From Saccostrea echinata (taxonomy: Eukaryota), in NCBI RefSeq assembly GCF_033153115.1, contig NW_026889800.1, forward strand, positions 7,502,001 to 7,566,000: a stretch of 64,000 bases of DNA, in the 5' to 3' direction. Positions within the stretch are counted from its first letter, which is position 1; the number at the start of each line of letters is the position of its first letter. Under the pieces are notes generated by a model that was not told the origin of the DNA, did no database searches, and saw only the letters and a program-made list of their open reading frames with translations. This document shows positions 1 to 10,600 of this stretch, in pieces. The position numbers and the translations under genes were made by a program.

Positions 1-962
1 ATTTAATAAATAACCCTCTCCAAACAATAGGTCTAAATAAGTAAAACAATGTACACAGAAACAAGGACTGAAAAATAGCATCTACTAGTTAAATGTACAT
101 CAAAAATATATATATACTCTGTTTATCAAATCCATCATAGAAACTGTCATGTTTTGTGGCCGAACAAGTAAATAAAACACACAGAGTTAAGTATGTAACA
201 CAGAAAAATTTGCTTACATCCCCTGTATCTTGTATACATCTGCATAGAATATCGCATATTATCACATTATACTAAGCTAGGCTCCATAACCAAGATTATT
301 TTTTTATTCATATTATTCTCCAGATTATATTAAGACCCATGTTTCATGCAAAAGGTACATACATTGTGAATTGTAAATTATTGGAGTTCTTTTTAAAATG
401 ATCAGCAACGTCTTCAACAAAGATTACATAATTGCTTTAATACCCTATAAATCAATTTCAATTGCCCAACTAAGCTTCTTCAAGGTGAATAAGTTAACAT
501 AAAGCTTAAAAATTAAATTCTTTAAAACATCAAAGCATGATTGCACATATTTTCATTATTAATCTACTACTGCCTGTCTTCTACAGCACAGAATCAACAC
601 ATACTTTAGACTGACTAGATTTTCTTCAGAGTATTTTTTCACTTATCAATAAACAATACTACAGTCACAGTTTTTATTCTTTTAAAATGACGTAAATAAA
701 TGCAAATAAAAGTCATTTCAATGCCATGGATAACAGGAAGACAAGGGATCAACTGGGGAATTTTCTTATTTAAAAACCATTGCTTACAAAATAAACATTC
801 ATTAACAACTTTCATGGGGAAAAAATTATGGCATATATTATAGCACTTTAACCTCATCATGGATTCATTGTCGATTATTATCTTTGAGCTTGCCATTTAT
901 CAGAGCTTTCTTGCTTCATGAGTTCAATATCAGATATTATTGCCATTTATTCAAGCATTCTG

Positions 963-1024
963 CCTCCGTGAGTTTAATCTCTGGCTCCTTGAGTTTAATC
1001 TCCGGCTCCGTGAGTTTAATCTCC
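963..1024 (-). repeat. 21-bp tandem repeat x3 containing the SLC41 stop codon
   Basis: Minus strand: GGAGATTAAACTCACGGAGCC GGAGATTAAACTCAAGGAGCC AGAGATTAAACTCACGGAGGC. Confidence 0.9.
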
Positions 1025-4000
1025 GAGATCCGCGTCTTTATCTCCCACAAGATACAGAAGATGGAAAGCAATGGCGAGGAAACCTGTGCCTAGGAGATCT
1101 CCGATGGCAGTTAGGTAGGGAATGGCCACATTGTCAGGGTCATCCCCAAGCTTCCAAATGAAGTGGATCATCCAATGACAAATGTACAGCAATATTACCA
1201 CCTACAAAATGATTTTTACATAGGGACCTTAGTGCGGAGTGATACATAAATAGGAAAACAGAATACTGTTGAAATCATAATTCATATGTAATAATTAAAT
1301 CTGTTCTGAGTGCCAATGTAATTTGCATGTGTGTAATTAAATACACTGTATTTTCATAAAGAATGACAATCTTATTTTCATAAAGAATGACAATCTAAAT
1401 GCTGCCAATCTTTCATAATGCTATTAAATGCACTGAATCTTAAGAATAAACAAAGGAAGTCAATTGAAATACTGCCCATCTTTCATACACATTTATTTTA
1501 ATTCAGATCTGTTCTTAAATTACAGGTAAGTAAATTGCCAAAAAATTTAATCAATTTAGTATAAGCTTTTTTTCTTATTTGTGTCTTCCATCTTCTATTT
1601 TCATAAACTGAAGTCAAATTTTCGGCCTATAAACATATTGTGGCCTCCATGTCTATGATAACTCTGATCTAACCTGAAGAAGTGCAGCGGTGAGGTAGAA
1701 AAGAGCAAACGTCCAGGTAATACTGGTATGTCCTGCCTTCATGTAGGAAATAGTGACCATGAATATTAAATGTCCAGGTATAACTAGAGCAATCAGCACT
1801 CTGGCTGCTCGAGAATTCAAGGCTGAAAAAAGGAAAAGTACAATGCAATCTCATTCAAGTACAGATGTAAGTTAAATATAATTAAATAATCCTCAACCAA
1901 ATTCTGTTTATCACCATGTGTCCCACAGAATGTTCCTCCAGGATTGGGACAACCAATCAGAGAGACTTTAACAAAGAAATCCCAATGTAACAAGTTATTT
2001 GTCCATAGGAATACTCCCCCCAGGATTGGGATAACCACTCAGAGTGACTATAAAAAGAGAGCTGAATGTAACAAATTATCTTACTTGTCCCACAGAAGGC
2101 TCCCCCAGGATTGGGACAACCTCTCAAAGCACCAGAGGGGAGTTTTCCAGGTTTACTTCCTGTCATGTGCAGAGAAGTTGTTATTCTGCTTGCCTGTACT
2201 GCTACCAGATTACCCCCTACACCTGTAGAAAGAAGAATCCTATGGTGTCAGAGATTAATTTTCTGCAATTTATAACATATGGTAATTTTTTCCTCAGTTC
2301 AGATATTTATGCATCATTATTCATATGTGTTCTCATATGTATTGTATATGATCACTAAATTTTGCATTATAGAGCATTCATGTATGACTACCAAATATAT
2401 TTTGGGAAGTATTAAATACAAAAGTTACCTTAAAGTTCAAAAATTTTCTAATGAATTGAATTTCAAATTAAAATACTTACAAAAAAAGTGTCAGTTCAAT
2501 ATTTTAAAAATTGAGATCTTTGAGAATTTGCTATAAAAGAGGTAAATTTCCTTATTTTTAACCCCCAGGGAACAGAAAATCAGTTCGCTATATCTGTTAA
2601 TTCACTATATTTGAGTTTGTTATATCCATAAAAATTTACAAGGAATTTGGAATTTTGCTGGGGATTCCAAAATCTTTGCTATATTCGTAAATTCAATACA
2701 TCTGTGTTTGTATTAAAATGAGTTTTACTGTACTGAGAAGTTATATCAATTTTGTCACATTAATTATTTATTTTGTACTTCACCATAAACTACATGACAG
2801 TTTATCAGGCTGATATATACAGTCAAACCATAATATGTGAAACATGGCAAGACAGTCAAAAACTCTGAGATTACAAAAGAAAATGGAATTGAGAAAATTC
2901 ATAAAACAATTAGAACTGCTGACCCACATCATTTTACTCATGGTAATTGATGTGTCAGAGTTTGGCATACATGTACTAAAATTCCACTATAGAAAACACT
3001 GGTGTTCAGAGATTGATCTAGATAACATTATGTCAAGTTTCTTACCATTAATAACAGGCTGGAATACAGCAATACCATGATAATTAGCTACAGTGTAATC
3101 CAAAATCAGGCCTCCAACACTAAAATAATGAATAATAAGATATCTTTAATAACAGGCTGGAATAAGCAAATACCATGGTAATTAGCTACAGTGTAATCCA
3201 AAATCAAGCCTCCAACACTGAAATAATATCTCTTTGTATATTTGTTTCATTCTCTATGCTCTGTTCTATGTACAATTAGCTCATATATACATATATTAAT
3301 TTTAATAGCTTAGCATTCAAAAGGTCTTATGTTTAATATACACAGTATTAGTAAGAATTTTATCTGGAATAACATTCTGCTCACAATTCACAGTCATTCA
3401 TTGGTCTTTCTGATGGGAATGAAATGAAAATTTACACTAGATTTTATTCCCTACCTGCTGATGACCATTGCGCTGAGCACTGGTGTCCACCCGGAGTAGA
3501 TGACGTCATTTGTGTAGTGGTTTTTGACAGATATGTACACCCACAAAGGGGTTAGCACCAGAAATACACCGATGATGGTCGGTGCCAACCACACTTGGGT
3601 ACCTGTTAAATTTTACATAAAAACATCTTTTTTTTTTAACTGTACCTTACTTAAAACCTAGACTGTTTTCAATACTTAGAAATTTTTATTGGAAAATCCC
3701 ATGGACTGTACACTGCAACTGTGTAATTACCATCAGATTTCAATTGCACAGGTAAGCCTACCTATTGCTTTAAACAGCAGCATGGAAACCCCAGCAAGAA
3801 GAGACAGTGTGGTCAAGTCCCCTAGACTAGCAGCAATAGGGGTGGCTATATTGTCTGGATTTATTTTTAATTTCCTTGACACCAAAATTACTAAAACCAT
3901 TAAAGCACCTGTAAAACAGAGAAGTACACAAAGGTCATCACAACTGATAGTATGTATGAGATACATGTATTTTACAAAAAATTATAGAAATGACTACCTA

Positions 4001-6287
4001 TAATGATTATTAAACATTAAGAACCTTTATTTTACAACTCAAGACATGAAATGGTACCTAGCGATTAGACAATTTCCATAACATTTTCCTTTAAATGAAT
4101 ATATATCTTCCTACAAATTAATTTCTAGATCATAAGATTCTTTCAGGTAACTCTTTCCTAGATACTGGTGAATAAAATCTGTAATTTAAAAAAATTTATC
4201 CCCCCCTTTTTCTTTGGTAAAATGATTACTGTAGATTCCTAAATATACGCGAGGAATAAATTATCGCGTAATTACTCAAGAAGCACCATTCGCGAAATAA
4301 AATTACTCGCTTTTATTTTTATGGTGCTTTAATGTATGTAAAATCTCTAGATAAATCACCGATTCGCGAATTATTGTTCCCGCAATTTGACGCTCTTGGG
4401 CCATTTCGTGATATTAAGTACTCGCGTAAAATAAGGAATTTACAGTATATAGAGCCATAATGCCAAACTCTACTGAAGACAATCTTTACAAAAACTTCCA
4501 TAACTTACCTAATACAAAACTGGCCACAGCAGCAGTTAGTACACTGCTGGCACACAACAAGAGGCCATGGTGAACATTAAATTTTCCCTCGGGTATCCAC
4601 CCCATTATCATGGCAACCACAGAGGCCAAAAATCCTACCACTATTGCTTGGCACTGCAATTGAGGAGGAAAGTATAACAGTTTATCCTGTCAGTGAACAT
4701 ATACCACAGCATTGTAAAATCAAGCTAGGGGTACACTGAGGAACAACTACATGAACTTGCAAATTGACATACACATGGTCACATATACCTCCAAAATGGC
4801 CTAATCATTTCAATTTCCATATAAAGAAAATGTTACTACAATAAAACAGGGTTGTTCCTAAGACCCAGGGGCTGGAGAATTTCCCCCACCTATTATGATG
4901 TAATCCCTAGTTATTTTGGTATTCCTCTTCAAACCCCTTTTAGGGGAGGAAACCCATACCCCCTTCTACATTTTATAATGTCCCCTAGGGACTATTTGGA
5001 TTTTTAGGGACAGCCCTGAATATATAAACTGAAAACAGGCCGGGTTCTTCTTGTATAAGGGACATATTCTAAATTTGCTGTGAAGAGAACTATATTGTGA
5101 TTTATATGTTTTGAATTTTACCTGTACAAGAGCCATATTGCCACCAATCATCTTCCACTGCTCAGATTTTTTATCCATATTCCCTAAATTTGCCTAAAAA
5201 AAAGACAATCTTATCATCTTATTTCAACTTCAAACACTCAATTTATATGTTCAGTCATACTTTTAAATTAATCCAGACATGATTGCACAATTTAACAGTA
5301 TTAAATCACAGGAATCTCTAATTCACTCACCTGAGTAGATAGTCTTGAGGCTAATGTCATCTCCAGATTTCCTTTCAATCCCAAGAGAGAGGGGACGAGG
5401 ATGAAGATCTCAGATACTTGTATAAAAACATCTGTGTGCTGTAGAGGTAAGACACAGCATGTAGGAAACAGACAAAAAGATACAAATGTAAACAAGGATG
5501 ATTTTGAAAATTGTGACATCTCTTATCACAAATTTTGTTTCTTTGATTTGGGTACATAAATATAGATGTGTAATTTAGCAAGACCTTTCAAATTTCAATG
5601 TGTATGAAAACGTTCGACAACATACAGTGAACCTTAGTATCTCAAACATTGATATCCTGAATACCATGGATTTATGCCAAAGTGAGTTCGAACAGTATGA
5701 ACCAATTTTTTCTTTACCTATTTTAACCTCGAAATCTTTAACCTCTCAGATATCTTGAAATTTATTCTCTGTCCAATCAAGTTCTTGATAATAAGATTTG
5801 ACTGTACATGATATTTTTTTTTAGCTTTCAAGAAATCTTTAACTGTGATGTTTACCTGAACAACATCTAGGACCATACCAGCACCAACAGTCCCAAATCC
5901 TGCAATAATGTATGGAATAAATACTTGTAGGGCAATGCTGAATGAACCCTCATCTTTTTCTTTTAGCTGCACTTGAGATTCTTTTACACTTGTTTCTCCA
6001 TCACTGGGAGAATCTCCTGACAACAATGGCTGAGTTAAACTTGTCTGTTCAAACACAGTCTCTTCCTCTTCAGATCCAAGATAAACATCACTCTCCCCTC
6101 TGCCATGGTGCCCATTCTGATGTGGAATGATGCCCTGAAGCTCTATCACATTGTTAGGTTTAGCTTTGTGTTGAGGAATAATGGAGGAATGGTCAGATGG
6201 GGACGTCTGAGTAAGTAGGTCAGGGGTATTGGGAACCATTTTTCGGCGGCTTCGAAGGTTGTAGCTTCCTGCTCTCCCATCAGCCAT
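1016..6287 (-). CDS. SLC41A: SLC41-family (MgtE-like) Mg2+ transporter, 10 coding exons, ~532 aa
   Basis: Exons (minus): 6287-5856, 5438-5331, 5193-5122, 4653-4509, 3908-3762, 3602-3455, 3119-3046, 2222-2085, 1822-1674, 1201-1016. All GT-AG, phases consistent, total 1599 nt. SLC41 motifs: [67 protein letters not shown]. An acceptor AG at 6325-6324 implies an upstream non-coding exon. Confidence 0.95.
1915..2130 (-). repeat. Three diverged tandem copies of the 3' end of SLC41 exon 2222-2085
   Basis: Core gtcc-cacagaa..ccaggattggga-aacc recurs near 1920-1960, 2001-2043 and 2087-2125. Confidence 0.85.
3046..3226 (-). repeat. Tandem duplication (98-bp period) of SLC41 exon 3119-3046
   Basis: ttaataacaggctggaata..taccat..taattagctacagtgtaatccaaaatca.gcctccaacact.aaataat occurs at 3048-3129 and 3146-3227. 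Confidence 0.92.
4228..4445. mobile_element. MITE with TA-flanked CTGTA..TACAG ends (Tc1/mariner-like); second copy near 43307-43525
   Basis: TACTGTAGATTCCT...AGGAATTTACAGTA with CGCG-rich interior; an inverted close relative lies in EIF4E3 intron 3. Confidence 0.85.
4847..5018. mobile_element. Short MITE CAGGGTTGTTCCTAAG..TTAGGGACAGCCCTG (same family as 19811-19982)
   Basis: Terminal inverted repeats and shared internal GGCTGG.GAATTTCCC..CC; TSD not recognisable. Confidence 0.7.
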
Positions 6288-6474
6288 TATCCACTTACAT
6301 CCTTGCCAGCTTCTTCAACTTTACTGGAAGTAAGAATATTTAGAATATGTTTATTATACTGACAATAATCAGTTCATTTCCTACAGAGGCCTATAGGCTT
6401 AAAAGCCTCCATTCAGATCAGAATGTCTTATATTTCTGGTTATGAAAAAAGAAGCAATATGCATGTAATTGTAT

Positions 6475-6928
6475 CAGGTCCAGCACAATACCCTGATAAA
6501 GGTATATAGCTTGATAAAGCTATATACCTTTATCAAGGTATTACAAATACCTTGATCAACGTATTTTATGTAATGAAAATACAAAAAAAATTCCTAAAAA
6601 ATTAAATTTAAAAGTCAAATTATGAGTTGTGGTCAGTGTGTTCACTCGTGCATGAAAAGTACTCAGGTATCAAAAAGACAGCATAAAAGAACGTCTCCTC
6701 ACACGACATGCTTTTTTACCGATTTCTTTGTGTTTAAGTACTTTACATGCATGAGTGAATTTACCGAGAACAACTCAGAACTCGACTTTCAGTATTTATT
6801 TTTTTTTAGGATTTTTTTTTTGTATTTCATTACATAAATTACCTTGATCAAGGTATTTGTAATACCTTGATAAAGCTATATAGCTTTATCAAGCTATATA
6901 CCTTTATCAGGGTATTGTGCTGGACCTG
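6475..6928. mobile_element. MITE with ~125-bp TIRs and 5-bp TSD TGTAT
   Basis: TGTAT|CAGGTCCAGCACAATACCCTGATAAAGGTATATAGCTTG...CAAGCTATATACCTTTATCAGGGTATTGTGCTGGACCTG|TGTAT. Confidence 0.92.
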
Positions 6929-7329
6929 TGTATTATGAGGCTAAGAACACTGAAGAATAAGATACAGTGCAAAACTACTGACTAAAGAAAGCAAGCTATG
7001 GCTTTATATATAATTTTTGATGTTTCTTTCTCAAAAGATATTTGTAAAAAGATATAAATAATTTTTTTTAAATAAAACATCTACAATTTCTGTCCTCTAA
7101 TTATCGCTCTATAAGTATATTATCCTACTGGAAATGCCAACCTGTCAAAACAGTAAGTCTTTTATCAACTCATACGTACAATATTTCGTTTTTAGAATAT
7201 TGAAAAGCAAAAGGGAATTAATGCATAAAAATGAAATAAATTTAAAGATAGATTGATGAATCCCTGCTTTCGTTGATAAATTATTATTCATTTTTGGAGG
7301 TAATTTATTTTTGCAACTATTTCTTTTCA

Positions 7330-7600
7330 ACAAAACTCAGAACGAGTTAATTTGCCAGTGTTGGTAAAATGAGTAGTAAATTTGGACCGAGCCGGTTTAT
7401 CCGCTTATTAAGAGGTTTTTGCTTAAAAGTTTCAATGTAACTTATACATATTTAATTGTTTTATTCTATTTATTCTATTCCATTACTTAAAAGCTTAATT
7501 TTTTTAGTGTAACTTTCTTAAATATTACCAGAAACGTATACTAGTTAATATGCTCCTGATTTTACCTGAACTACAATTTAAAGATGGCGGCGCCCACGGG
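7330..7600. promoter_or_regulatory. Probable bidirectional promoter of SLC41 and NOPCHAP1
   Basis: Divergent ATGs 1.3 kb apart; YY1/TISU-like AAGATGGCGG at 7581-7590; CpG-containing patch at 7385-7405; minus-strand donor-like TTCAG|GTAAA at 7570-7561. Confidence 0.55.
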
Positions 7601-10600
7601 GAGCGTAAGTGTCAACAAAACCCAATCCTCAGAACTTCTTGCCCTCGAAATTAGGGACAATGGTACAGTATTCATGTTTGGAATATATTTATTTAATGTG
7701 AAAGCATGTGTCATGTTTCAGGGCGCAGACTAGAAATGCAAGCTACAGCAAATATTTTTAGATGTGAAGAGAGAGAGAGAGACGGATCAAGTACAATCAC
7801 TTAATTTAACAGTTACTCAAACAGTTGTTCAAAAGCAGAGATGTTTAAACTTTCTTTTCTCTGGGTTGCTTTTTTTAATTTCTGTTTCATTTAAGAAGTA
7901 ACTGTTTGTTGAAAAATTTACTTGTTGTAATTAGCTCAAAACCTTTAGAACTTTGATTCAATTGCGCTGAAGGAAACGCATCTTCAAGAGTAATTTTTTC
8001 CATGAATTGTTTTCAGATCAGTTCAAAGTTGATAATTATGTACTGCATAAGTATGATTTTTTTGTACATCACAAAAAGAAATGCTTATTTAAAAAGTAAT
8101 TATGATCAGAGACATAAATAATAGAGATTCACAACTGTTTGAAGTCTTGTGTGATCTTGCGGTCCCTAGTATATAGATGGTGCGACCATTAGGGCGAGCG
8201 TAGATACCTATACAGTTTTTGATTTACATTGTCTCTTCAAACCGCACGTGACATTTGGTACATCTAGACTCTGGGGTCACATGACGTCGTATGTAAGTTG
8301 CATAAAAAAATCTTACCTGAACAGCGTTAGTTTTAATGAAGAATGTTTAAGCTACTGTTTTCTCTGCAATATCTATTCAATGTGATTTTATTTTTGTTGA
8401 ATTTCTGTTGCTACCACGAGAACGTAGATGCAATTCGCAAAGCATTATGGGACCACAGGTTACTGCGGAAAAAAAATTGGTTTGGATTAATGTGCAAAGT
8501 CTGAATTTTCAGGATGTTATATTTTTGTAAGTTTCTTTATTTAAAACAATAACAAAGGAGAAACCTAAAATTGCAACAGATGACTCAAGGTCAGTCATAT
8601 CGCCACAGTTTTGCCGACTTTCGATTATTGACCTCTTTAATTTGCCTAGTTTGCTTTTAAAAACAATAAAGTTTTAAAATTTTACCAATCGTACACCTAT
8701 ATATAATAAAATTAATATTAAGTTAACTTTTGATAGAAATACACAAGCAATAAAGAGATATCTTTAGGATAACACCAAGATCGTCACATATTTCAATAAA
8801 CAAATATGTTAATGGCAGAGTTGTGAATCTCTATTATTTATGACTCTGGTATGATTTAGTAGGTAAATAAAGCTACTTAGGTAATCCAAACTATGTTGCT
8901 AAATGTAGCAATTGTATCGGACCATCTTCCCAAGTCAAGGGTTTCTGATCCACTCTGCCATGTCTGCTCCACATAAACCCATGACTGAATAGACTAAGCT
9001 TGACAGGTTAGAAATGCGCTCTCTGATTGGCCTTAATATACAAGTTTTCATGAGGCAAAAACAAAAAAGTTGTTTTATTTAACCTGAAACTAGATCATAA
9101 ATAGAAAAACATGCCAGTTTTAGTTCCAACAAAAACATCATTACCATTGAATAACTCAGTCTAATGTTTGTCTCAGCTTTTTAGTTAAATTTATGTTGAA
9201 TTTATTACCAACTTCCAATATTGTCTCGCATTCTCTGTTTAATTCACTTACTTTGATTGGTCAATAGCAGAGGTCAGTAGAGTTCAAAATGTGTAATCTC
9301 ACAAGATGCTGTGATAGTAAACCCGTCAAACTTAGTCTATTAGGTTAGTGGTTTATGTAGAGAAAAATGGATTTGAAACCCTTGACTTGAGAAGATGGTA
9401 CCAGACCTGAGAGATAGAGAGAATACATATGCAAATGTAAGCACCTAAAAACGAGTGTTCAAGAAAAATGTGTTGCATGCGGGTACTCCAAAGTCATATG
9501 TAACAGTAAGTATAATAAGAAAACTGAAATGTCCCATTAAAAAAACATATACATGTACCCTGGTAGGTTTTAAGGTATTATTTTTTTATTTTAAAAAAAA
9601 TTGTATTACATTTACAGAAACAATATACTATGAAAATAAAGAATTTGAGTAATACACAAGTAACATAACAGGATTGACTCAACTTTGTCAAGAGTTTCTG
9701 TCAGTGAAAAATTTTCACGAACAATGTCACAAGTACTGCTGGGCAGTTGCCTGATTGGACAAGTGAAGAAAACTATTGGAAAAAAGTATCTTTGAGAATT
9801 TCAGCAGATTTGGATGAAAAATTCCTGTTTTTTAATTTCAGGTAGTCACTTAGCCAATATTTTCGACCTGAAGAAAAAGAAGACTCCAGAAAAAACAGAG
9901 AAGAAAACATTCAGACTTCCTCCAAGTTCAAGTAATCCTTCAGATATAGACTACCACTTGATACTAAAATATATCACAATTTTATTTCAATTACTTTTAA
10001 ATCCAATTTCTCATGCAGTAAATCTTTCTGATTGTTGTGTTATCACAACTGGGCAGTAAATTTGTTAATGTTCATAAGGATGTAAATTTGTGGGTAAGGG
10101 AGACCCATGAACATTGGTTCCACATGAACAATTATGATTCTACTGTAATTCATCATTGTTCATATCAAATGATCACTTTTTGTATTGCAGTACATGTTTA
10201 ACATAAATCATGCAAGGTGTGATTAAAATTTTGGTAATCAAAATTGCACTTACTGATGGGTGCTGTGAAGTGCATTCTTTGAGTAAGGACATTGTATTTA
10301 TTCACATGCGTATGCGAAGATTCACTAAGTTATTTTCTACAATGACATTTAATTTGTTTTACTGTAGTTCTATCACAAGTAAGAGATTTCTTACCTCAGA
10401 TGGAAATGGCCAACAAAGCTCTTCAGGATAAGTCTACAGAAGAATTAGACATCGAACAGGTGTCAGATGACCAGGGTCAATTCATAGAAATGGTAAGACC
10501 ATCTTCTTCCTTAATGAATTAAAAACAGCAGACCAGGGCTGCTACATAGAAATGGTAAGACCATCTCATTCCTTAATGAATTAAAAACAGCAGACCAGGG

